From: Takakia lepidozioides
Taxonomy: Eukaryota; Plantae; Bryophyta
Length of the DNA stretch: 64,000 bases
NCBI GenBank assembly: GCA_030704615.1
Contig: CM060731.1
Coordinates: 52,514,001-52,578,000 of the forward strand
Reading direction: 5' to 3'
Shown here: piece by piece, positions 11,701 through 22,842 of the stretch
Layout of the letters: each line of letters begins with the position of its first letter
Position numbering within the stretch: the first letter of the stretch is position 1
Translations under genes and position numbers: made by a program
Notes under the pieces: generated by a model
Told to the model about the DNA's origin: nothing
What the model saw: only the letters and a program-made list of their open reading frames with translations
Databases searched by the model: none

Positions 11701-13385
11701 TCATGCTTGCCATGTGAATGGGGCCCTATCAACAACAAGATAATCACCCCGGATGTCCTTTGCCACCCTCACCTTCTCATCTATATAGACAGACTCAAAC
11801 CTGCACAATTAATAGAGCACATCAGTACGTCATAGAACCTAAGAGATACAAGTTAAGTTTCAATTTTGGTGTGACCAAGCCCATGCCATGCACTTGTCCT
11901 GCAAACAGTATACCAGTCATGGTAGATCCAGAATAAAAGCTGATATCCTGGGTAGCAACATGGCATTGTTAGTTTGTGCCACCATAACCTGTGTAAAAGA
12001 CACAGAAAACCTTCCATTCCCCTCATTTGAAATTGCTAGGGGACAACGTTGCCCTCACAAAAGGACTATTCCTGAAATCATTCAGAGCCACAGGGTTGAA
12101 CACTAACCAGCCCTGTCCAAATGGAGGAATTGGTATTCTTCGCCCCGCTACAGAAAGAGCTGCACTGGTAAACCTTCATCAAGAAAATAACATGTGAGAG
12201 GTCAGCCACATTATTTGCATGGAATGCCCCCTGATGGTCAGAATCTCCATTAAATCAACACTCCCGCTGCTGGTATCTATTGTGGAAAATCAGCCTGAAG
12301 ATGCCATCAGGTTACAGGATTTGAGTGCTAATGTCCAGCACATGAGGCTGGGACTGCAACAACCCACACCGTCTAGGAAAGAGCACTCTAAGAGAGGGAA
12401 AAGGAGATTGTGTGCCTGCATGCAAGCAAGAAACATTTCAGGACATTAGCCACGCCACCCCAGAAGAGGGGAGATAGTAGATGGTTGTCATTTGCTTCAG
12501 CATAGTACCACAGCTTGCCTTACTCCCTGCATGAAGGAATGGTGAAATATGCAGAGAGACGTACCTGAAGTTGATCCGTTGATTTGAAACCACTTCAATT
12601 GTTGAGTTGACAATAAATGCTCCACTAGGAGGAAACGTAATAACATTGTTCAATATGCCTTTCCGCACATCGATGACCTGCAAGCCAGTCTCCTCCAAGT
12701 GAGACAGTTTATTAAAGTCTACAATTCGCACTTTCATCGTGACCCATACTAATAACGCATGCGAGATATAATTTAATTCAACTGTAACAAGCAAAACACA
12801 TCTGACATCTGTGCAAGGAAGGATGCTACAAATGCGCATCACTGAAGATACAGTTCCACGGCTCACGGCTCTCTACATGTACATTGACGAGGGAAGACTG
12901 CGACAGACCTGCAAAATATCTCCAGCTTGAGTGCCAAAAAGATGAGCTTTCTCGATTATGAACAATTGCTCCTTCTCGGTGGTCCACAACATACGCCATG
13001 TAGCACTCAAAGAATCGTCCGTCGTCACACTATCAGCTCCCATAGTAGCCAACGCATCAATGGCTTTGATGATGCTCCCCCTCTTTTGCGGATCCTTCTG
13101 CGTACGCAAACCCCGCTGTTCGTCCTGAATCAGTCCCAGTAGATCGTCCCTGGCCAGCTGAGCGGTACCAGCAGCTGCTGCTGCGGCCATCCTCCATCGA
13201 TGTCTGCCTTCACTTCCCCCGTCGATACCTTCGCTTAGTCTATGCGTCCGCTCACGACGCCATTGAGAACTTCCTGCACCCTCCCCAGCTTCACGTAAGC
13301 ACAAGGCCGAGTGGCCTTGCATGCAGCAGCTCCGACTGCCCCCCACACTCGCTCCCGCTGCGCACACTGCCATGGCCGCTGCCAT
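11701..13385 (-). CDS. FBN9: Plastid lipid-associated protein / fibrillin (FBN9/PAP11-like), 4 exons
   Basis: Exons 13385-12909, 12677-12565, 12173-12108 and 11800-11701, all GT-AG and in frame: LSATWRMLWTTEKEQLFII..GDILQ|VIDV..LNNVITFPP..RINFR|FTSAAL..PPFGQGW|FESVYIDEKVRVAKDIRGDYLVVDRAP. Confidence 0.9.
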
Positions 13386-14414
13386 AGCTCACCCTCTCCC
13401 AGTCTGCACCAGCGCTGTGCGGATGATTAAAGCGTGGACACTCTGTGGGCCACGCACCTTATCCATACGGCGTGCTTGGCGTTGGGTCGTCTCTCTCACT
13501 GTGCGGCCGATTGAATGGAAGTGGAGGATTCCATAATCAGAGAGTCGGGTAGTTTCTAATCATCTGACAGGATTTTCCGTGTCATGGACGGGTGTCTGGG
13601 ACTAGATGCTGTGATGTGGTAAGGCTGCTCGGTCTCAACTGATGCAATTTGTTGCAGCATTGCATTCGGAAGGGGAAGGAGAACATGGGTCTATGTCGGG
13701 GAGTCTGCATGAAGGTGAGCAGGAAGGAAGGGCTGTGTCCCGGGCTGTGATGAGATCGGTGTCTCGTGCCTGCGGTGGACAAACTCTCTGGACTTCAGAA
13801 TCCTTGACCCTTCTCTAATAACTATATCAACATTAGGTGATGATGAAATTGATATGGCACAGAGCTGCTTGAAAGGTCTTCTTCATGTTCGATCTGTTCA
13901 GGGTCTTATTCCTGCACAATGCCACAAACTTTGACTCGGCGCAAAAGCAGACTACCCCGCAAGCGTGCTAGCGAGCGTTGCCCTGAGTATTGACAGACAT
14001 GCCCAGACAAGTTGCATTCTTCTTCACGCATCACACCCATGACCTACCCAAGATTGCTATCCTGAACTATCGCCATGGAATTGTATCCATATGACTCTAC
14101 GTTATAATAGAATTCAACTGAAGTGTTTCCCAGGAAGACTGATGTTATTTCTTACTGTACTACTACCTCATGGCATGTAGAGGATACACTGTCTATCAGG
14201 CTGATTCACATGAATTGTAGGGCTGTGATGATGGTTCAATGATGCTTTTGTGAATTGGTGACATCGTCGTGAAGCTGTACCTGTGATGTAATACAAGTCT
14301 GGTATCTCACTGGTATCTCAACCTCTGGAGGCAGGAGGTGTAGAGTTGAGAGACACTATGTACAAATAAAGGGGCCCAGGTTTGAAGGCCTCTCATTTTA
14401 CAATATTAGCGACG

Positions 14415-14830
14415 TTATGGCGCACGCTTGGCCTGAGGCGGTGGGCCCCGCGCACGGACGCCCGGCTCCCCCGCCCGACCCCCCCACGCCGCCCCGTGCG
14501 GTCCCCCAGCCGCGCCCGCTCCCCCGCGGCTGTTCTTGCATCCGCCCACCAGCCGCGCCCGCGGCAGGTCCACCCGCGCCCTCAGTCCGCCGCGGCCAGT
14601 CCGCTGTGCCAGTCCCCTCACGTCCACCCTGTCAGTCTGCCCGCCAGTCCGCTGCCCATGAGTCCGCTCCTTGCCAGAGCCAGTCTGCCGGGCAGTACGC
14701 TGGAGGCCAGTCCGCTGCGACAGTTCCCCAACTTCCAGTCCGCCAACGAGGCCCGATCTGGACCGTCCGCTCCTAAATCCCATCTGAGCCCTCCATTTTT
14801 AGGGCCTAAACCCGGCGACCAAATCCGGCC
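14415..14830. repeat. GC-rich island with short ccagtc(c/t)gc repeats
   Basis: Repeated (g)ccagtccgc units at 14580-14745; origin unknown. Confidence 0.4.
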
Positions 14831-15879
14831 TGTCTCTTGTGAGGGCTCTTTGTTGTCCGATGTTGCGATAGGCATTTCCACGCACATCCGTCTTCTTCTT
14901 GTGCACAAGCAACGTTGATGATGATGATGAGAGGTGTGCCTGAACATGGCAAGACTGTCGGGGCGGGCTCTACAGCCACCATTGTGCATATGCTTCCACT
15001 ATTTTTGCCTTTTTGTTGTGCTTTAGGGAACCTTGGGCTTTCTGGTATGGCTGTATGTCATAAATATGCTATTGCCTTATGTGTCCTCCATATCGTCATC
15101 TGCTTCTGATCCCTCATGATACGCTTAACGCCTTGGTTTTTCATCCGTTCTGAGAGGTTTGACCCCTTCGTACTGCAACGGAACCCATGAGGGCGGAAAT
15201 CGCGGAAGCATATGCACATGGGGGAGTGTATACATTGCAGATTTTGTATCGGACGACGGGACTGTTTAGGGGACCAAGTAAAAAGGCTTGCAAGGAACGT
15301 GCACAAGTTGTGCATAATGGAGAACCCGAAGAAATGATGCTTTGTGAAGGATCCAGATCATATGATAAAGGGGTTGGCAGCAGACTCCAGCATTCTGCTC
15401 ATCATGTCAACGGACATGATCCACTCTTAAGGTCCTCAAACATCCACAAGGTCTGGTTGAATGCACAAGTCTCAGCCATGACTGTCTCCTTGCTGAAACA
15501 GAAGCAGAATTTGTACATTGCCTTGTTTTGAAGGAGGAGAGGTGGATGAGATATGTGAAGTCTGCCAGATCGCGTGGATGTGGCGTCTAGGAGTGCATCT
15601 TCTCCGTTGACAATTGAGGACAATGACGACAATTCAAATATCAGTCTGATGTACTGTCACTTTATCACTCCATTCTGCCGTGAGTCTGCGAGCATTGGGT
15701 CTATTGGCCCATCATATTTATTCATTAAAGTGAATATGTAGTCGACTCAACGACTCCATGAACCATTGCGCATTGATTGCACCCGTGATTGGGGGCCACA
15801 TTTGCTGACGTGTGTTTCACAAGAACAAGCAAACAAAATCTGGCCTTGGGGGCTTGCATATTTTAAATCTGTACTGCCT

Positions 15880-17677
15880 CCACCACCTGGAAGTGACATG
15901 GAAGGTCCATGGTGACATTGTGAAAGCTATTGTAGGGTTTGTCATTCTGAACACCGCCCTGGTGGACATGTATGCCGAATGCAGGAGCATTAAAGATGCG
16001 GAGGTACTGTTCGACTGTGGCTCAACGAGATGTGGTGTCGTGGAGTGCAATGATCGCATTGGCAGCAAGGCAAGGATGTATGCATGATTTGTGCAGAGGT
16101 AGTGATAGCTGAAGGAGCAGGATAGAGTATGGGTCCATATTCATCCAAGAGGGTCGGATTTCAAGCTCCAGATTACCTATGGATCCCTATGGAAGGATAG
16201 CTACAAGAAACCTCCATGGGTAGATGGTTAGCTGGAAGCGGCAGCTGTAGCGGCACAATTGATAAAATCAGGCACCTCAACCATGACCACAGCTTTTGGA
16301 AGAGGATCAAGCGAGGGAGTCCACAATGCCTCTTCTGGCACTTATGGGCATGTGAAGATGCTTTATGAGGCAAGCAGACTGAAAGAGGCTCTACAAACTT
16401 TAAATCAAAGAGGCATTTTCAGTATATGTAGATACGTATGTGTGTCTCTTGCATAAGTGCATCAAGATGAAAGGCCTAGAAGTTGGAAAGCAGGTGCACA
16501 CTCACATTGTCCAAAGTGGATTCACACCGAACGTTTTTCTACTCAACAACCTTGTCAACATGTATGTTAAGGGGAGCATCATGGATGATCACCAAGTGTT
16601 CAACACAAAATGCCTCAACGATCTTTGATCATGTGGAATATAATGTTGGCGGGCTTACCAAGCATGGGCGTGGTACGAATGCTTTGGAGACCTGTGAGCA
16701 AATGATGCGCGAAGGGGTGAAGCCCAACCACGTCGCGTTTGTATATGTTTGCAATGCGTGTGCAACATTGAGCCCTGGACAAAGGGCAAAGAGGTGCATG
16801 GGGTATCATCAAAGCTGGAATTGTACCAAATGTCATTATGAACACTGCCTTGGCAGCTCTGGAAAAGGGGAAAGAGATCCATGGCGACATCTTCAGAGCT
16901 AGAATTGTACCAAATGTCATTCTGAACCATACCATAGCTTTGGAAAAGGGGAAAGAGGTCCATGGCGACATCTTCAGAGCTGGAATTGTATCAGATGTCA
17001 TTCTGAACAATACCCTGGTGAACATGTTTGCAAAATGTGGGTGCATCTAGGATGCAAAGGGAGTGTTCGACACTATGGCTGAATGAGACTCTGGTGTCAT
17101 GGAGTGCGATGCTTGCAGGGTATGCAAGGCAGGGACGTGGGATGGAGGCTTTGGAGAGCTATGAGCAAATGATGGGGGAAGCACATCATGTTTGTGTGCA
17201 TTTGCAATGTGCGTGCAAGCCTGGCAACCCCGGAGAAGGGCAAGAGGTGCATAGGGATATCATCAAAGCTGGAATTGTGCCAAATGTCAATCTGAACACT
17301 GCCCTGGCAGCTTTGGAAATGGAGAAAGGTGCATGGCGACATCTTCAGAGCTGGAATTGTACCAGATGACATTCTGAACAATACCCTGGTGGACATGTTT
17401 GCAAAATGTGGGTGCATCTAGGATGCAAAGGGAGTGTTCGACACTATGGCTGAATGACATATGGTGTCGTGGAATGCGATATATGCGTTTGTAGGGTATG
17501 CACAGCAGGGATGTGGAATGGAGGCTTTGGAGAGCTATGAGCAAATCATGGGGGAAGCACATCATGTTTGTGTGCATTTTCAATGTGCGTGCAAGCCTGG
17601 AAGCCCTGGAGAAGGGCAAGAGGTGCATAGGGATATCATCAAAGCTGGAATTGTGCCAAATGACAATCTGAACACTA
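15880..17677 (+). pseudogene. Degenerate PLS-PPR pseudogene with internal tandem duplications, interrupted by a retrotransposon
   Basis: LYEASRLKEALQTLNQRGI, GKQVHTHIVQSG, MFAKCGCI* and similar motifs with many frameshifts. About 16950-17290 is duplicated at about 17320-17677. Confidence 0.85.
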
Positions 17678-18901
17678 TGTCGTACGCATACATATCGCTA
17701 CACAACTACATCGCTGTCCAAAACCACACAACACATGTGCACACCACACACTAGTATACCACTAGTCCAACCACTAGGCTACAACTAGTCAGTCACTAGG
17801 CTGCCACTATGCTGCCCACTATGGCAGTTACTAGTCCACACAATAGAGGGGCTAGTGATAAAGAAGAAGAATACAAGCACAAGCTCATGCGAGCTCACAC
17901 AGCTGAAGCATAAACTCATGCATATATAACCTCATCACTCAAATACAAATCAAGCCAAGTGCACCCCACGCCATGGGGAATCCACACTACGGCGCCATAG
18001 CTAGGCGCGGTGAGGCTCAACTCGAGAAAGATGAGCCTCCCGCGCTTGCCGTGAAGATAACCACTCCAGGGCCTAAATCTGCCTTAACCCCTGGATTGAC
18101 ACTTGGGCCAATCCCAAATGTCAATATGTAAAAGCTAGCTATTTCCTAGCTAGTTTCACACTAGTGGTAAAATAACTTGACAGCTGTCGTACGCATACAT
18201 ATCGCTACACAACTACATCGCTGTCCAAAACCACACAACACATGTGCACACCACACACTAGTATACCACTAGTCCACCACTAGTCCAACCACTAGTCCAA
18301 CCACTAGGCTACAACTAGTCAGTCACTAGGCTGCCACTATGCTGCCCACTATGGCAGTCACTAGTCCACACAATCGCCCCCCTAGCTGGTGCTTAGGTCC
18401 CTCTAAGTTCAGGTAGCCACAAGATGTGATAGTTACCATAGCCTCACTAAGTCCTCAACCACTGTCCCTACTACACTCAAACTCGATAGATCAAGAGGCC
18501 GGGTGCAAGAGTTGCCCCATCGTTAGTCGTTGTCTTGCAACCTGTGAACGCTTGGGATCTCGTGTATTGACTCCTATAAGCTTGGCCTCCCATGTCTTGT
18601 TAGCTGCCTCCAGTCATATCCACTGCCACTATCCCAAGCAGTGTGGACACAACCAATCTCCGTCAGGAACCTTCTCAAGAGGTGATGTCAAGCATCCCAT
18701 ATGCCAACCCCTTGAGCATCAATCACACACCAGCATGGTGGCTGCCCCTTTGGCAGACCCACAGAGCATGCACCTCAAACCTGCAGGTACCACTGCCAAG
18801 TTTGGGTCAACTCTGCCATCGACATTGGGAAGGTGACATGACGCACAATTACGCACATGGTCCTTCCAAGTCATGCCATCCCGACCCTCCAAGATCAGGA
18901 C
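17678..18901 (-). mobile_element. 3' end of Gypsy copy 0 (INT C-terminus/PHD, PPT, B-gc-A-B repeats); the rest is lost after 29252
   Basis: Reverse complement of 28541-29239. B2 17678-17842, junction 17843-17855, A 17856-18182, gc, B1 18185-18372. The sequence resumes as tcctgaggg at 29244-29252. Confidence 0.9.
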
Positions 18902-19228
18902 TGTCAAGTTATTTTACCACTAGTGTGAAACTAGCTAGGAAATAGCTAGCTTTTACATATTGACATTTGGGATTGGCCCAAGTGTCAATCCAGGGGTCAA
19001 AGAAGATTTAGGCCCTGGACTGGTTATCTTCACGGCAAGCGCGGAAGGCTCATCTTTCTCGAGTTGAGCCTCACCGCGCCTAGCTATGGCACTGTAGTGT
19101 GGATTCCCCATGGCGTGGGGTGCACTTGGCTTGACTTGTATTTGAGTGATGAGGTTATATATGCATGAGTTTATGCTTCAGCTTTGTGAGTTCGCATGAG
19201 CTTGTGCTTGTATTCTTCTTCTTTATCA

Positions 19229-19240
19229 CTCGAGAAAGAT
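19229..19240 (+). promoter_or_regulatory. Putative self-priming PBS CTCGAGAAAGAT
   Basis: Perfect complement of 19052-19063 (ATCTTTCTCGAG) inside repeat A; no TGG tRNA-type PBS. Confidence 0.7.
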
Positions 19241-20684
19241 CAGCTCGTATCTATGAGTGCTAGATACGAGTTAGTTGTAGCACTTGTGGTTTTTGCTTGA
19301 GAATGAGAGAAACCAAGTTGTTATGCAAAGAGCACCGTGGAGCTCTTGGTTGTTAGAAGCGGAGGCGATGTGGGTTACGAGGTGGTAAACCTTGGCATTC
19401 GATCTTCAGCTTCAGAGATGAAAGCACCATACTGCAGGTAATTCCAGAGCACCTTGATGGTTTCAGATTGTGTACATGCATGAGCAAGCACGATTGGGAA
19501 GAGGACCAGTCAAGAGCAGGTTATAGTGGCTTTGGTGGCAAAGCTGAGAACTGGACTTGGGAATGCGAGCTTTCATTGTGTGAAGGATTGCAAGACCAAG
19601 CGAAAGGGCTGATTTGGCTTGGGGCAAATCAGTGCACTTTGTGGAGTATGGTGAGATTGGGTTTCAATCTCGAGCTTCAGCATTGAGAGGGCTCTTGTCA
19701 TGGCGAGAGCAGGGCTGGAACAGGAGCTAAGAGGTGCGGCAAGGCCATGGAATGTGCACCTAGGGTTTCAGAGCTTGGAAGAAGAGTTCTTGCACCACAA
19801 GAGCAGTGTCTTGTGGCTGGAAATGTAAGCCTTAGGGTTTCAGGAGCTTGGCAAAGGTTGTGGAGTGCTTAGTCTTGTCTTAGAGAGCATCAAGGAACCA
19901 AGGAGCCAAGATAGGGAGCTGATATCTCTTGTGTGAAGAGGTTGCATGTGTGGAGCATGCTATCAGCCTGGTGAAGGCTTGCACTTTCAGGTGTGGGAGT
20001 GCAAGAAAGGAAGGAAGGGGCTGGTTTCCCTGTAGGGCAAGTGGAGCATGCTTTCAGCCTGTTGAAGCTTGTATTTTCAGGTTTGTGGGTGCAAGAAATG
20101 AAGCAAAGGAGCTGATTCTCTTATGGTGAGAGTGGGGCATGTTTGGAGCATGCCTTCAGCCAATTGAGGCTCTTGTTTTCAAGCTTTAGAGAGCTAGAAC
20201 GGAAGGTCTAGGGCTGGTTTCCACTTGGAGTGAAAGAAAAACACTTGTAGGGCCTATGTGAGTTGGGGTTTCAACTTCAAGCTTGAAGAGAGCGCAACTC
20301 TTGAAGCAGCAGGTGTAGGGGGCTGGAATAGGCTCTAAGACTGATGCTATGGCCAAGGAGAGTGCTTGAATGAGCGCTCACAAGGGCTGGGAACCAGCAG
20401 GGCTTGGTTGTTTGCCATTGAGTTTAGTGGCGTGTTTGGGGAGGCTAAGTGAGAAAGAAGGCTTGGTTTGTGGCAACCACCTCATGGCTTAGGGCTACTA
20501 TGGTGGTGTGTGGGAGCCGAAAGAGCAAGAATACCTTGTTGATTTCCTCACAGCCGCCATAGCTCGGTGGAAAGAAGCCTAGAGTCCAAGAGACACAAAC
20601 CCTAGCTTGGCGTGGCTAAACCCCTTGGAGAAATGGCTAAACTGCCAGAGCGGCCATGGATGGGGTTGTGACGGGCTGTGCCCA

Positions 20685-21995
20685 TGGCCTTTGGGGCTGT
20701 GATGGGCTGTGAGGGGCTGTGACAGGCCGTGCCTGAGGCCTTTGAGGCTGTGAGGGGCTGTGAGGGGCTGTGACAGGCTGTGCCCATGGCCTTTGGGGCT
20801 GTGATGGGCTGTGAGGGGCTGTGACAGGCCGTGCCTGAGGCCTTTGAGGCTGTGACGGGTTGTGAGGGGCTGTGACAGGCCGTGCCTGAGGCCTTTGGGG
20901 CTGTGACGGGCTGTGACGGGCTGTGTCAGGCCGTGCCTGAGGCCTGTGGGGCTGTGAGGGGCTGTGACAGGCTGTGCCCGTGGCCTTTGGGGCTGTGAGG
21001 GGCTGTGATAGGCTGTGCCCAGTGGCCTGTGGGGCTGTGACGGGCTGTGCGGGGCTGTGACAGGCTGTGCCCATGGCCTTTGGGGCTGTGATGGGGTGTG
21101 AGGGGCTGTGACAGGCCGTGCCTGAGGCCTTTGAGGCTGTGACGGGCTGTGAGGGGCTGTGACAGGCTGTGCCCATGGCCTTTGGGGCTGTGATGGGCTG
21201 TGAGGGGCTGTGACAGGCCGTGCCTGAGGCCTTTGAGGCTGTGACGGGCTGTGAGGGGCTGTGACAGGCCATGCCTGAGGCCTTTGGGGCTGTGACGGGC
21301 TGTGACAGGCTGTGCCTAGTGGCCTGTGGGGCTGTGACAGGCTGTGCCCATGGCCTTTGGGGCTGTGATGGGCTGTGAGGGGCTGTGACAGGCTGTGCCC
21401 ATGGCCTTTGGGGCTGTGATGGGCTGTGATGGGCTGTGACCGGCCGTGCCTGAGGCCTTTGAGGCTGTGACGGGCTGTGAGGGGCTGTGACAGGCCGTGC
21501 CTGAGGCCTTTGGGGCTGTGACGGGCTGTGAGGGGCTGTGTCAGGCCGTGCCTGAGGCCTGTGGGGCTGTGACGGGCTGTGATGGGCTGTGAGGGGCTGT
21601 GACTGGCTGTGCCCATGGCCTTTGGGGCTGTGATGGGCTGTGAGGGGCTGTGACAGGCCGTGCCTGAGGCCTTTGAGGCTGTGACGGGCTGTGACGGGCT
21701 GTGACAGGCCGTGCCTGAGGCCTTTGGGGTTGTGACGGGCTGTGAGGGGCTGTGACAGGCCGTGCCTGAGGCCTTTGGGGTGTGAGGGGCTGTGAGGGGC
21801 TGTGACAGGCCGTGCCTGAGGCCTTTGAGGCTGTGACGGGCTGTGACGGGCTGTGACAGGCCGTGCCTGAGGCCTTTGAGGCTGTGACGGGCTGTGACGG
21901 GCTGTGACAAGCTGTGTGGGGCTGTGACGGGCTGTGACAGGCTGTGGCGAGCTGTGACGGGCTATGAGGGGCTGTGACAGGCTGTGCCCAGTGGC
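20685..21995. repeat. Tandem array in the 5' leader of copy 1: about 51-bp higher-order units built from GGGCTGTGA(C/G/T) 10-mers
   Basis: Units start at 20721, 20772, 20823 and so on; two main variants (cctgaggcc / cccatggcc). Confidence 0.95.
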
Positions 21996-22842
21996 CTGTG
22001 GGACTATGACGGCTGTGACCAGTGAGCTGTGTGGGCCTGTGCTGGTCTGTGGTGGCCCGTGTTGACCTGTGGACGGCCTGTGCTGACTCGTGGAGGCACT
22101 GGTGGACTGCCTAAGGACTGGCATGTGGTCTGGAAGGCCGAATTTTGAAGCTCGTGGAGGGCGGTTTGAGGAGTATCTTCATGATATTCCCATGGTCATG
22201 CAAGTGAGGGAAGAGAGGAGAGGAAGAGTGTTGGGATGAGGGCATGCTGGGGTTAGGCATTGCTTTAGCTTCTCTTCCTCGTAGTTTCCACCCTCTCATT
22301 AGACCAAGACCTTTCCGTAGGTGGAGGCAAGAGTCAGTCCGGGTTTGGGCTGGGGTGTCCTTGCAGGAGCAACACCATGGAGATGTTTTTGGTGTGGGGG
22401 AGTTGTCGTTCTGATTTCTTGTGTTTGGATCCCCTCCATACCTGCATGCTTGACTGTGCATCATGCTAGTTTTGTGTGGGCGCTTGTTTTTATAGGTGAT
22501 TGGTCCGGATTTGATCACCGGCCAGTCTTAGAGCATGTTGTCGATGGTGAGGTTGGGGTGATGACCAGCCAGACCATCAATGTTTCTCCTGTGGTGAGGT
22601 TGGAGGTGATGACCAGCCAACCATAGGAGTGCTTGCGGTGGATGCAGGTACAGGTGTAGGCTATGTTAGGAACTTAGTATTCCAAACCATAAGCCGCAAC
22701 AGGTTCTCTACCCGGTTACCTTGTGGAGAGGGGGTTAGGGACATGTTCATGACCGGTTGAGTGTCAACACGGAGGTGCCACTAGTTGTTGGGACAGTGCC
22801 GGTTCGAGCACTAGCGATACTAGTGGGTACACGAGACGAGGT

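Noticed and set aside
14915-15632. Short ORFs between the fibrillin gene and the PPR pseudogene
   Set aside because: No recognisable domain or splice support.
20685-21995. CRISPR-like array
   Set aside because: No unique spacers; eukaryotic minisatellite inside a retrotransposon.
20579-22124. Long antisense ORFs (443 and 495 aa) rich in P/Q/S/H
   Set aside because: They result from a tandem repeat with no stop codons on the minus strand; indel units swap frames freely.
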